A stretch of DNA of 60,577 nt from Podarcis muralis (GCF_964188315.1 NC_135666.1:29701424-29762000), one strand, 5' to 3'; shown: positions 22,693 to 36,731, counted from the stretch's first letter. The notes: generated by a model from the sequence alone, not told the origin. Numbers and translations are program-made.

Positions 22693-25600
22693 GAAATGAT
22701 GGAGCACAGATCAATGACTGAACAACATTGACCAGGCACTTTCTTAAGTTCATTACCCCCTTCCTTACCCCCCGAGCTGACTTACACAGACTTCTGGGGC
22801 GGCCTCCCACCCCGCGCTGACCAGACCCAGCTCAGAATTCCTCCCGAAAGTGACCGGAAGTTCGAAACAAGTCGCTCTCAGAGTGGCTGCAAAAGGGCCG
22901 GCAGGCAGATCTGCGGAGGGAAACGGGGCGCAGGGGCAGACCTTGACTGTCGCCGTCCGTAACGTGTGGCTTTAATTACATGCCTTCCGGCTTAGCACAG
23001 TTACAGAAGAGGACGTAGCGCAAAATGTATTCCCGCGTGGTACACATGGAAAGCTGCTCCTTTCTTCTTTGCATTTGTGGGGGGGGGGGGATGATTTCAT
23101 CACCATCGACCGCTCTATGTGTCACCCCAATTCTGCGATTGGCTTCATGGGGTCTAGGGGTGGGGTTGGAGCTATTCATTAACAATACGTAAAAGGATAA
23201 CCCCTCGCTCATTGCACGTGTCAGACACGACTGTCTATGTGACCTTGGAGGCGTTACTACGCTTGGGCCTCAGTTTCCTATTCATTTGCCATAAAAGAAG
23301 GAAGAATGAATAGATGGACGGACGGACGGGACAATCAGACCAGGAATAAATTATTCTGGCATCAAAATGAAATAGTTCCCTAGAAGAGGAATTAAACCCA
23401 TCAGTGTAACTAAAGCCAACGCGATAGGTTGAGCCCTGTTGAAGTCATTGGAGGCGGAATGGTCTTTCATTGAATTATGGAGCGGCTCTATTAATTTGCA
23501 ATTTTTTAATTAAATGTACGTGACAGAAAGATGCTACTTTCAACATAGTGGTAGGCCTCCCTCCCGCCTCCCTCCCTCTCTCTCTGTGTGTCTGTCTGTG
23601 TCTTACGTCTCTCCCCAGAGTTAATAGATAATGGATCTCTCAATGGATCGCTTATACGTAATTAATTTTCACTTATGTTTCGTTGTCTACCGAGAACTTG
23701 ATGAAGAAGCCGCTCAGCTTATAGGGACGGAAGCTGCCAGGGAGGGGAAAGCCAGCGAGTTTTGTCCAGTACTGTATAGTTAGATAATTAGAATTTCCTG
23801 AGTAAAGAAATGCAGGGGCGAAAGTGGGGGGGGGGGGGGGAGAGAGAGAAGCCAGGGCAACTGCATTAATTAAATCAACTCCAACAGAAACATGAAAACT
23901 TCTGCCTCTGTCTCTGTCTCGTGTGTTTACTACCAGCCCATGCCACGCTTGGTAAATGTATTCTTTGAAGGTAAGAGTAAATAATTGCCTTTAGCGCAAC
24001 AAGGGGAAGCGACGCGGAGGCTTTTTGAAGCTCGCTAAAAATAAGCTACAAGAGAAAGCGAAAAAGCTGAAGGTGGAGGAGAAAGAGGGAAGGAGGCCAT
24101 CGCGATAATTTGATGCAATTAAAGTGTCTGCCTTCATTTGCCGAGGCGATCCTCGCTCTCTCTGGCTCTCGGCGATGCTCTTGGAGATGTAACAAAAGAG
24201 AGAGAGAGAAGATCCGGCCGGTGGGTCGGTTCCTTGCAGCGAGAAGGAGTTCGCTGCTGGACCGTCTGAAATATTGATGGACGGGGCTGCAACTCGATCG
24301 GAGATGCAGGCAGGAGAGCGCCGCGTCTCTGCTTAAGTAGCCAGCTCTGAGAAATTGCAGCCTTCGCTCGCCGCCCGGCTTTAGAAGGGATTAGAAAACG
24401 AAATACGGAAGAAAAGTCCATGGATGCTGGTTGTTGCGCTTTTGCGCGCGGACGCAATTCTCTGGCTAGGGCCGGGGCGCTCGATCCGAGGTCTTTCCCC
24501 CCCTCAGAAGTAAACCCCACAGGTTCCGATGGGGTTGTAGGTTGAATCGACCCCGCCGCCCCCACTCCACTTCCTCCTCTCCTCTTTCCCTTTCTCATTT
24601 CAGCAAAGCCAAAGCAAACTTGTGGGCAGACAGGAATCCACCCAAGCGCCTGATCCCCCTGGCACATTCCGAACTTGGAGACGGGCCGACCTTCTCCCAT
24701 AGAAAATAAGAGGAATAAGACAAGATTTGTAAAAGCACATCAAGAAGGGAGAATAGTACGACACAGCCAGAATAATGGGGCCAATAAATCATCGTGGAAA
24801 ACGTCTCGTTGGTGAATTGGCCTCTGAACTGCTGCTGCAGTCCTGATTTTAATTTCCACGGAGTCCTGAGTTCCAACGTGGGCTCAGAGGGAGGCTTTGG
24901 TCCAGAGGCTCCCTCTGGACTCCAACCCACCTCACAGGGATGTTGTGAGGGCATAATGGAGGAATGCCAGGCACACAATCCCAGCGGTTAAAGGCAGGAT
25001 TAAAATGAAGATATAGCTGGTGGTAGTGATTTATTAGTAGCAGTATTTAATATTTAGTTGCAGTATTTAATACTATCAACAGAAGAGCAGCAGCAGCAGC
25101 AGCCATCGCCCTTGGAGCGATCCGTAACTTGGAGAAGCGAAAATGTTTGGAATGAAACTGATGTGGAGGAGAGCAGCAGCCGAAAAACTGGTCCGTGGAG
25201 GGAAGAAGGGGTGCTGTGTGACTGCGCTGGATTTGAACCACATCCTGAGCACGCTCCTAAAAAGTCAGCCCTCATAAGTAGGAGGAGGAGAAGGAGGAGT
25301 TGTGGATCCCGGCCAGAGACTATTGAGGTTTGGAGTAAAGGTTGGAAGGTACCAAACAGTCCCCAGTTAAGGAATCGCTCGGCTTTTAAGGCGTTTGCCC
25401 CTGAAGCCAGAAGAAACCGTTCTGAAACAGTATCTCGAATTAAGACAAGGTGGCGGTGGTTTAAATAGAAGCAAGGAAAGAGAGGGTCTTAGCAGGCTGT
25501 TATCCTAAGCAGCACAGCAACGGGGGGAATAAGGCCAATTGATTTCTTAGTGAGCATGCTGAGGATTGGGGGGCGGCCTTAGCTGCCTTCAGGATCCAGA

Positions 25601-26643
25601 TGAAGGGTCACCGTGCGTGGCAGATGTTGTGAGGACAGGACGCGTTCACACGGGGAAGCTGCTGCCTCGGATTCCACCAGAACATGCGCATCAAAACAGT
25701 GCACCACCTACTGCTAAACTCCCGAGACTCTGCACCCTGATCATCCCACATCCCCAGTTTAGTTCCTCACCCACCGGCTTTTACACCCCCATCCCAGGGA
25801 AAGTCATTGTTCCTAACCCCGCCCCCCTCTCCCGCAGGGCTTTGAAAGCGCTCGATCGCCTCCCCAGCAGCACACATTGAACCCATCTGGAAGAAGGATC
25901 CGGTTTAAATTACAGGACAAATCTGTACAAGAGACAGTGGCTGGGTCTCTGTGGATCGTTCCCGTCTGCCTTCCATTATTTTGACCCAGGGTGCTGTGCA
26001 GCAAACGCTGCGTGTGTGATCCATCTGTGTAGGCTTTCCTCCCTCCCTCCCCCCCTCTCCCTTCTCCGCTTGCTCCCCCCCCCCCCCCCGCACGCTCTCC
26101 GCCACTTCCTTCACACTAGCGGTATGGAAAGCCCTTGACGCCTGCCAGTCTGTTATAATGCTCGTGGGTTTACAATCCAGAAAGCGAGGAAGGAGGAGGA
26201 GGGGGAGGAGGAGAAAAGAAAGTGTGTGTGCCGCGGGGGTGCCGGGGGGGGGTGCGCGCGCGGTGGAGAGCGTCTTCTCCCCTCCATCCATTCTCGGACT
26301 GGCAGCGTTTAACTCCCTGGCTTCTCCTTAAAATAGCTCGCTTTCATCTAGAGGAGGTGACCTCTTTTTGTGGGATCCTTTGCTTCCCACTCGCTCGCTA
26401 TTAAGGAGATGACAATATGACATCCCGGCAGAAGACGAAGAGCAAATGTGTTTGGGGGTAAACAGGGTTGGGGGAAGCGCTGGAAATGTGATCAGCAGAT
26501 GGAGAGGGGGGTTTGGGGGGCGGGAGGTTAGCCTGAGAGGGAGGGAGGGAAGGAAGGAAGGAAGGAAGGAAGGAAGGAAGGAGAAAAACTTTTAAGCAAA
26601 TGCTTATATTTGAGAATAGTGTCAAATTTTAGGAGGTGGGTAA

Positions 26644-26703
<60 letters not shown>

Positions 26704-28277
26704 GATGACGACGACGACGAAGGATTGAGGCAGGTGCCTTTTCATTCAGCTCGCACTTCTCATTCACTCCTAATTAGCTCTCTCCTACTGATGTCAAGAA
26801 AGTGGCTTGCTCGGATGGATATTAAAGGTTGGTAGAGGCAGCGCTGCCTTTCTAGACCATCGCGCCAGAAGGACTCGCGATTCCAGCGCTTTTTCTCCGC
26901 AGGACAGAGAGATGTCTCTGAGGCATCTCAGAAGCTGGGCACCAGCTTAGAAAGACACACACGTTTCAGGGATCTTGCTCCTAACAAGTGAGCTGTACAC
27001 GTGCACTGCGATCCTATAGAAGTCTGCTGAGATGGAAGTCCCGTTGGGATCAATGGGGCTTATTCCCATGGATGAGATGGCGCAAGTTTTGCTGTATAAT
27101 CCCAAGCACTGAGAAGTGTGTATCCTGGTAAAGCACTCTTACTATGAAGTAAGCTCCACTGAGTACTGTACTACAGGAATTACTTCTGAGTGAACGTCCT
27201 TAGGATGGCGGAGCAAATGCACTATGCATACGTTAATATCCCCAGAAGTATCCATCCATCCATCCATCCTTATCTCTCTATCAACCTACCTACAGAGTGG
27301 GCTATGTCCCAGGAATCGCGTCTTTGTGTGTGGATTGACTTATTTTGTCCGTTCCCCACAAACCTGTCTCCAGCTCAGACTGGGACTCTTCCAGATTCAA
27401 TGGATTCTGAAATAGGTGATACCCATTTCGTTATTTTCCTGCGTTTGAGGTCTGACTCTTTAGGGGTTTTTTCCTTGAGAACAAGACACTGTGTCACAAT
27501 CTTATCTGCTCTGAGCCTGTGGCATAGGGCGAGCTGGAAATCAAATGAAGGAAGGGAGAAAACAGATATCAGTTATCTGTGTACACACAAGCCAAACTTT
27601 AGGGGTCAGCTTAAATGGATCAGTTTCATGTATTCGTGCGCGCGCGCGCTCTCTCTCTCTCGCACGCATATAACGGATTACATCAGAGTAAGATCAGAAA
27701 GCAGAGAGTTCCTCACTCCCCCTCTCTCATTATTTTAAAGGAAAACAAAAGAAACATTTTCTCTTTTTGAGCCCATTTTAACATGGTGTGCGCGTGTGTG
27801 TGCTCTATATATTATACATCCCTAAATACAAATATATATATATATTAACAATCCTGCACATGTCTTAATCAGAAGTAAGTTCCAGTGAATTCATAGAGGA
27901 CAGCAGTTTAAGCCTCTTTTCTCTCTTTCTTCCAGACACTGGGGCTGCCAGCCTGTTATCTGGAAGTAACCTCAGGGGACTTACATATGAGTAAGAGTGC
28001 AAAAGACTGGTGTCTCACAGCCCAATCCTATCCGTGTTTATTACGAGTCCCGTTCAACATAAGCCATGTTTAATTCCGATCAAATATGACCGGGCTCAGT
28101 TTACAAAGCGCTCAAATACTCAAGTAAACTGTTTTCTTGTTCATGTCGAGATTTTTTTTGGGGGGTGGGGGCTGTCACGAGGGGCATCAGATATATATAT
28201 ATATATACAGTGCCAGCTGTTCTAGAAATTCGTGAACAAGACTTTGGTAGCAGCCCTGCAACCCCTACTTTCCCGGT

Positions 28278-28281
<4 letters not shown>

Positions 28282-28338
<57 letters not shown>

Positions 28339-28340
28339 AT
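28282..28340. repeat. (TA)n microsatellite
   Basis: Seen directly. (CA/TG)n tracts at ~5041-5086, 6987-7015, 18323-18358 and 30170-30205. Confidence 0.95.
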
Positions 28341-30166
28341 ACACACACACACAACCTTGAAATGTTTTCAAACATATTTTGCTTGGTTTTAAATTGACAC
28401 GCACACACCCAGAACTAAAAAGTTAAATACAGAACTAAATTGCACGCATGGGTTTCTGAAAAGCCTCCACCATCACCAGGAATCTGGTGGAACCGTTAAA
28501 GAGGAACAAATGATTTCTATATTGAAAACGCTCTTTCTAACCCGCCTCTCAGGGCGCATTCCCTTGCAAGGCGGTGTACAAAATTGTGTTAACAAACCAG
28601 AACGCTGTCGCAGTAAAAACCATATCACAGGCCCTCAGAAAATAGGCAGTATCAATTAATCCATAGAAACCAACAATAATGTGGGGGCCACACATATTTT
28701 TTTGCGGGAGTGAATCTGCCAGATGTGAGGCCATGACTGAAAAAACCCTATCCCATGTATCTCTTGGCAGGACCTACAGTGTAAGCTTCCGTGAACCAAT
28801 GTCCACATTCTAGCCCATGAAGCTTTTATCATAATACAATTTGGGATATTTGAAGCCTTGCAAGACTCCATTGTTTTTGCAGCACCCTGTTACTTTTTAA
28901 AGAATATGTGCGTAGATGCCCTCAAAGAATGCAGAGCGCCATCCGCGCTGCGAAATTATTTATTTGCTTATTTCACCTTTCCACAATCGGTCCCCAGGGC
29001 GGCTAACAACAATTCAACATAAAATAATGCCATCAAGTTGCATGCAAAGGGAGCTGCTTCCATTCATTTCAGGACGAACGTTTTGGTGGGTTTCTCATCC
29101 TCCACCACCCCATGCCCCAAAAAACCTTGTATGAGATAAGCTCAAGCGTCCCCCTCCCCCAAAACTCTGGTCTATAAACCCTTTAAGCAAAGGAATAAAA
29201 TATACTGTGTAAGATGTCGCGTTTGACAGTGGAATGAATTATATGAGCGACCCAGTGGACGCTACCAGGAGTTTTGGAAGTGTGTCTGATTGACTTTCTA
29301 CCGACTCCGCATAAATCACTCTAAAAATAGGACCCCCGTTTCCTGTTGTTCTCGGAATGTATCTATTAACACAAACTCGGGAAGGGGAGGAGGCGGAGAA
29401 AAGGGAACACAGACCGTCCCTACTACCGAGTGTTCACACGCGACAGTATGTGCGCAAGTGGTTTCGGTGCTGCGCCTACTTTTCCTAAGTACAAAGAGGT
29501 CTCTCTGGGGTTAGGAAAATGCGTTCGGGTCCGAGTTGCATAAGGAGCTAGGCTGGTTTGGAAAGGTCCTTCCATTGGCACCAGTAGGACCCATTAAATA
29601 GAGCTTTGTGGTCGGCGGCTGCCAGGCAGATTCTGTTCAAAGACACACTTATTTCCCTGGGTTGCAGATCGGGACATCTATTTACTTCCAAATTTCGCGG
29701 CCATCGAGGTCGATTTCTTCGTCATCAAATACTCCCAACCCTCTCTCTTTCTCACATTCAGGATCCACCGGGTCTTAAGCTCCCGGTATGAAATATGCTA
29801 TGCGCAGGAGAAATAAATAACTTAAAAGACCCACTGATTGCATCTGTCAATATCCTGCGTGCATCTGGCGGGGGATGAGGGGACGGGCGGAAATATATTG
29901 TTTCTCTTCCAACAAATTCACTCTTAGGAGTTTGGGAAGAAGCCTTTTCTCGGTAGCTCCTTGCAGTATCAGGAGCGAGCGAAATATGTGCGCGAGAGTG
30001 TCTCTCTGAGTGTGCTTTAATACACCCTAGGTGAAAAATTCATGGCGAACGTTTGCGTGGAAGGGAGGCCCATCACTGGCTTCAAAGCGCGCAGTGTGCG
30101 TGGATCACAACAGTTTTACACTCTCGATCTGACGCACATCATGTAGACCTTTCCCATTTTTCACTG

Positions 30167-30209
<43 letters not shown>

Positions 30210-31455
30210 CCCACTCTTGGAAAGCGACTGTTGCTCCCAAGATAAATGCGTTCGCGATGTACTGGACCCGCTCCGAAAGTTCCATCCGGACCCACGAGGA
30301 GAGCCGCGCAGCGCGATCCTAACCACTTTTAATCCAAAATAAGTCCTAAGAGAGTTACTTACCACGAGGAGAGGAAGCGTGCTTTGGATTGCGGCCCTAA
30401 GAAGCCCTTTGCTGCATCCAGCACCGGGATGCTTAAATATAAGGGAGGATTTGGCTGCAGTAGGAGGTCCGTAACCCAAAGCAAACACAGTTCGGCCTTG
30501 ATTCCGGATTTTCTGCAAGGGAAAGGGGGACAACTCTCTTAGTTACAGAGAGACGAGAGGAAGAAACCACGGCTGTCTTTGTGTGCATGTGTTTTAAGCG
30601 GGGTTCTACTGGTTTGAAACTACTCCTACGAAACGGCCTCTCCCGCTTCATTATCTTAATTCTAGAGGAATCTCATTTGAAGGACCGCGAAGCAATTTGG
30701 GGAGGGGGGAGCCACCGAGATGTTGAATCAATTTCCACAAAACAAGAAAGGCCTGTAGAAGTAACTTTGCCACACCATTTTATTAGATGGTTTCCCGTAG
30801 AGCCTGCCAGCTTAGACTATGAGGAGCTCCATGGACTAATAGCCTCTCTCCAATTTAAGGAATATTCTTGCGTCCTTAAAGCCAGAAAGACCTTCCAAGC
30901 AAATGTGCAAGGGTGTGTGTGTGTGTGTGTGTGTGTAGATCTTATATTTGACAGGTTTGAGGGCCTCGCTTTTGACAGTTTATGTTCAGTTCCTTACAGC
31001 CACTACACCTCAAAAAAAAAAAAAAAAAAATCCACGGGAGAGAAAGTTGCCGGCTTTCTCACACGGTGCGATTTATTTCGAGACCCGTGTAAACGAACAC
31101 CAAGTTATTCCTGCGGATTCAAAGGCTACTTATACAGGTCTAATTTCCTTAGAATGAACCTTGTAACTGAGCTCGTCTTAGCAACCAAACACCCTCCCCA
31201 AGTCAGGCTTTTCCTTGCAATGAGGCCTGAGGAAAGCCGCTGAGGAAACCAAGTAGTGATGGGATGAGCGGAGAAGGAAATAAAATGGTTTAGAATAGTA
31301 TCTCTGTGCTTATTCTGTGTGCAATTTCGCTTAATGGCTTTATCTCTACAACTTCGTTGAACTAACGAGTGGTTCACAACTAAGTTTTACTCAGCATAGA
31401 CCCAGCGAGGTGAGTGAACATGCCTAAGCTGTGTCCAGGAATTTCTGTAGGTCTA

Positions 31456-31816
31456 GTAAGGTAAAGGGACCCCTGACCATTAGGTCCAGTCGTGACCGAC
31501 TCTGGGGTTGTGGCGCTCATCTCGCTCTATGGGCCGAGGGAGCCGGCGTTCGTCCGCAGACAGCTTCCAGGTCATGTGGCCAGCATGACTAAGCCGCTTC
31601 TGGCGAACCAGAACAGCGCATAGAAACGCCGTTTACCTTCCCGCCGGAGCGGTTCCTATTTATCTACTTGCACTTTGACGTGCTTTCCAACTGCTAGTTG
31701 GCAGGAGCAGGGACCGAGCAACGGGAGCTCACCCCATCGCGGGAATTCAAACTGCCGACCTTCTGATCGGCAAGTCCTAGGCTCTGTGGTTTAACCCACA
31801 GCGCCACCTGCGTCCC
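31456..31816 (-). mobile_element. Sauria SINE (Squam1), full length
   Basis: Reverse-complement head GGGACGCAGGTGGCGCTGTGGGTTAAACC; 12-bp TSD TCTGTAGGTCTA (31444-31455 / 31817-31828). Confidence 0.93.
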
Positions 31817-34802
31817 TCTGTAGGTCTACTCTGAAGTAAAAATGCCATCCAGCGGGTCTGAATGTAACAGAGCCACAGGCCAATCTCACCCAGTGAAAGT
31901 GCTGTGCTTGTGGGCGCCATATCCTGAACAAGTACATGATCTGAAATAAGTCCCCGGCCGCGGTTGGGGCTCTCCCCCAGTAACCGGACTTTAAAGGGTC
32001 ATAGCCTCGATTGGGAGACAAACCCTTATTTATTTAGGAAGAGCTTACTTCCAATGCAGCTTGAGTATCTCATACTAAATCCTTGATTTCAGGTGGGGAA
32101 GACAGAGAACCTCTCGGCTTCGGATTATCCTTCTGGGCCCTTTACATTCTGGCCTGCTAAACCGAAACGCTTCCCTTCGGATCTGACTAGAACAGAAAGA
32201 TTAAGGAACGGGGTGGGGGGGGGAGGAGATAAGAAGTAACTGGGAAACGTTGCTTTCTGTATAGGCCATAAATGCACAGCGTGCGTCTTTTGTGGAAAAA
32301 AATCGCGGTTTTCTATGTGGGTGAAGAAGGAGGGGAGGGGGGAAACCACCCACCCACCCCCACCCCCGCTGTCACTACTTCACCCCCCCCTCCACGGCTA
32401 GGCCCGGGGTTCCTCAGCTTCGGGACCAGCGAGGACAGCTCCACCTACCGCCACTTCTCCCCGAGAACGACCTCGCCTTCAGATTCCCCAGGGGCTTCCT
32501 CCGCACCCTCCCTGGAAGGTAACGAGAGGCTGAACCAGGTATCCCTCCGGGATAGGCCTCGCCCTTCCTTCTCCGCTGGAGAACTGGCACCCTGTGGGAA
32601 GCGGGGACTAAGGGATCGATCCGAGGGTGGCTGGGGAGATCAGCAGCAGGAGATCTCCCACACCGGCTAGGGGAATTGAGGTTGGAAACGGGCAGGAGGC
32701 ACATTTTAGCTGCGTCCCCCCAAGCGCCGCTCCCTAAAGGTGTGAGAGGCTCTTTCCCAACAGGATCCTGAAAACAATAAATATTTACGAGCAGCAGCGA
32801 GGCTCCTCGAAGTCAAGAGCCATTCACACCAGCCAATGGGAGCCTCGGAAAGTTAACGCCAGCCCGGTGGATTTGGATAATGGAGCAATTGCCAGGATAA
32901 GACCCGGGGAGTTCAACCAGTTAGGGGTGGCGAGAGGAAAACCCCGGTGAGAAAAATCGTTCGGGGAGTTTGTCGCTCTATCATTTATCCATCCATCCTA
33001 GACACATTAAAGAGAGGTCGGCGCCACCTGTGCGGATGGATTAAAAATCGCCATGCAGACTTTGCCAAGAGTTGTGTTTGTCTATAGGTAGAGCGGCGTA
33101 TGTTAGCAAGAGAACCGAAAGCATCAACAGAGCCAAAATAATAGCAACTGGTCTGCTTTGAGGTAAGAGACTCGTGATCACAACCATGCTAGGTACGCCT
33201 CGACACCTTGATGCTGTAGTCTGGGTGCCAAAGAAGCTCAGAACAGGGATGGCAACTTAGGTAGAATGATATCTTGTATTTGGGGCAATTCCACCGCAGG
33301 TGGGTGGGTATGCAAGCTTTCGAGCTGCACCGAGTTCTTCCGCCTCGTGTGTAGCTTAGAAGTTGGCGTATTTCTATATCAACAGAGTTGGACCAATAAA
33401 AGAGATCACCTTACTATGTGTATGTGCGTGCATAGCGCGTGTATGTGTCTGTTACGTCAGTGATGGAACAGAACAGATAAAGGATATACATCTCGCCGAG
33501 CATTTTAGAAAGGTCCCCATTCAAAGGAGGCGAATGAATAGATTGATACAAACGATAATTCTATACACATTTCTATATAGGGATTCGTTCCCTTGGATAT
33601 CACAAACTCTCAAAGAAAGGGGGGGCAGTTTACCCACCAACATATTTGCCTGGTGAGCTGCTTATGGATCTCGCAGCCTCTTCCCCCGCCCCGCTCCACG
33701 CGCGCGCGTTTCTCTCCTGATTTTATTTCCTTGAAAATAAAACCGCTTGACGATTTCGCTCTCATATCATCTGCTTTAACAGAGGTTCGTGTGGCAGGAC
33801 ACAAACACATATATAGCCACAGATGGATCCTGTGCGAGTTCACTCCGAATTCATTGCCAGTGAGTTCAAATGCGGACTTACCCTCAGGTAAGCGTGCATA
33901 GGAATTGCAATCCTAGAAAAGCACCGGACAGAGCTTTTCAGAAAGAGAGAGAGAAAGAAAAATAAATAACACCGACAACAGAAACTCTCCCTAACCCAGT
34001 CCTCTCTCCACTCCCCAGTGTTTTCCGAAAAGCAAAAGAAAAACGCGACTGTTCTTGGCACCTGCAGAAAACCGCTTCCCCGACGGTTGTTAACAAGAAG
34101 CTGGAGGGTATAAAGCAATAAACCTGCCAAATCTACCTGCGCGTTAGTTACACCCTAGGAAGAGTTACAGATGGGTAGCCGTGTTGGTCTGCCATAGTCA
34201 AAACAAAAAAAATTTAGGAAGAAAGTCTCTCAGGAAACTGGCAGCAGAACGCTAGTTGGACCTTCGCTCAGCTCTCTTAAATATTAAAAATCGCGCCACT
34301 CCATAACCACCTCTCTCTCTCTCCCCACCACCACCCCAGTTCTTCCATAGGACTAGGAACATTTTTAATTTTTTTTAAAAAAGGGCATTGGAGATTTGTA
34401 AATGCCCGTCTCGGGTTACCCTATTCGAGTGTCGGAGTATGACTCTTGTTAAGAACTCCGCGAACAAGGCAAGACACTTAGAGCTGCATTCAGAGTTACT
34501 GAACCGACTCCAGAGGCTCCAGGAGTTAAACGCCGAGAAAGAGGGGGGGAGGGGGGAAACAGCCCATCATCTCTGAAAGAGGCACACACTCCCCCCCCCC
34601 CACCGCACACACACTCCCTGTCCCGTGAACAAGTTACCCAACAACAGAGCGGTGATCTCTCTGCCTTACCCATCTCAAAGCGCAACCAAACCTTTTGAAC
34701 GCAAAGCGCAACGCGCAAAATGGCAAGATCCGTGGGATTCTTAAGAGCCAACTATTTGCTTAAGGTTTGTCATGACCTGGCGAGAAGGAAGGCGGGGGGG
34801 GG

Positions 34803-34868
<66 letters not shown>

Positions 34869-35299
34869 CTTCTTGATCCTTCTCAATGCCAGGCCTTATT
34901 TAAAAATAAATAAATACTTGCCAGATCCGCAACAAACAAATCTCGTAGCAATGTCATATCACACGTCCCCTTGGTCTGGATAAATCCCCCCCCCACCTCC
35001 AGGAGAAAAGTTGCCGATGTAGGGAAAGCCGGCAGGTTTATCAGCCTCTCCAACTTTCTCTAGCTTCTTCTCTCCCCCACCCTTGAAAGCGGTCTGGTTT
35101 TCCCCCCCCCTACCTGACTCCTTTTCCGTAAATCTCCAAGGATCCTAATGTTTCCCTGCTCAGTGGACGACAGATTCTTTTTTGTCTAAAAAAAGAAAGC
35201 ACAAGCTGATTTGTCCCCCAGAACGAGAACGCGATAGATCCGCTGGCGTGTTGGTTCCAACTTAATGTCTTTCCCCAGTCCATCTTTCCGAGAGATGTG

Positions 35300-35900
35300 G
35301 CGATACCACCTGGATGTTCTGTTATAAATCCCCTAGCAAATAATAAATGGATTAATAATAACAAGGTATGAGGTTCTTTTTNNNNNNNNNNNNNNNNNNN
35401 NNNNNNNNNNNNNNNNNNNNNNNNNNNNNNNNNNNNNNNNNNNNNNNNNNNNNNNNNNNNNNNNNNNNNNNNNNNNNNNNNNNNNNNNNNNNNNNNNNNN
35501 NNNNNNNNNNNNNNNNNNNNNNNNNNNNNNNNNNNNNNNNNNNNNNNNNNNNNNNNNNNNNNNNNNNNNNNNNNNNNACAAAGTAGTGCAGTTAATCATG
35601 GGAGATTTTTCTCTCTCTCCTTTTTGTGTATTCCTGATTAGAAGTCTAATTGCCTCCTTTCGGAAAGTAAAAATAACTGCGAAGCGACTCTATTTTTATC
35701 ATTAACAATGTTGACAATAAAATAAAATCAACTGGAATTGTAATCGAAAGGCAAATTTAGGGTGAAGGCACTTTTCCTCGGGTAGTTTATATTGCAATCA
35801 AGATTTGCCAAACCACTAACCGCATGTCTCATTTGCATATATTTGAAAGCATTACAGGAGCTTCTGTTTTCAATAGGGGGGGAAATGTATTACTGACAGA
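35300..35900. promoter_or_regulatory. Putative conserved non-coding element upstream of DLX6 (partly N)
   Basis: AT-rich, non-repetitive block with many TAAT/ATTA cores, an octamer ATTTGCAT (35831-35838) and near-MEF2 motifs, surrounding a 196-nt N-run. Conservation itself cannot be shown here. Confidence 0.5.
35382..35577. other. N-run, 196 nt
   Basis: Seen directly. Confidence 1.
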
Positions 35901-36499
35901 TCTCTGAGGATTCGCCCTCGGAGCAGGATGCTGAAAAAGCAGACACTATTGTACTGATCCAAGGACAGCGCTCCGAAAAACGAGTTCGCGCGCGCGCGCG
36001 TAGTAGGTGTTTGTGTGTTTTAAATGAATCCTTCCCCTGGGCACATTGCATCATCAGGAAAATACCTCAGGAAGGAACCCTGCTAATTTTGTCCAGAAGA
36101 ACTCTGAGTTACCATCCAGGATTCTAGACCATAATTTACAGTTCTTTACTGGGCACCGCTTTGGCTCTGAACGCCAAGGCTGGACAGTGTTGTTGTGAAT
36201 CCTAACGGACACGTGCGAGGCAGCGATAGCCTGCGATGCAACGACAGTAGGGAAAATAAATGCACATTCTTCTTTTTAATTGGAAAAAACCCCATAGCTC
36301 ATTGGAAGGGTGCTTGGCTTTGTAAAAGCGAGGGTGCAGCTTTGTTGTGGTTGTGTGCGGCGCAAAATACACGCGCGCGTGCCCGCGCACACATACATGC
36401 ACCCCAAGCGCCTGCCTAGCTAGCTGGCTTGCTGGCTGGCTGCTTCTCGCTCGCTGCGAGCTCTGAAGTTGTGCAGAAGGTGGGCTCGCGCTGACGCCA

Positions 36500-36560
36500 G
36501 TAGAAGTGCCCGGGCTGGGTGACGTCACGGGCGGAATGACCAATGGGGAGGCGCTGCCCT
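36500..36560. promoter_or_regulatory. CRE / GC-box / CCAAT module ~0.9 kb upstream of the DLX6 ATG
   Basis: TGACGTCA at 36520-36527, GGGCGG at 36529-36534 and CCAAT at 36540-36544, inside a CpG-rich block. Confidence 0.5.
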
Positions 36561-36731
36561 TTGGAGACCAACCATTCGACTTGTGGCGTTTTCTCTCTTT
36601 CCACCTCACCCCCCCCTTCCCGCTCCCGCTGTTGTTGTGTGTTGTCGTGCGCCTTCCCCTCCCCCTGCTGCCTCAAGTCGAAAAGCAGAAGCACAACTTT
36701 ATGAAAGAGAATCCACCTTAAAGAGAAAGGG

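Noticed and set aside
30581-31243. 220-aa ORF
   Set aside because: Contains translated (GT)n and poly-A runs, has no homology I recognise and no supporting splice structure. The same applies to 27190-27738 and 24134-24700.
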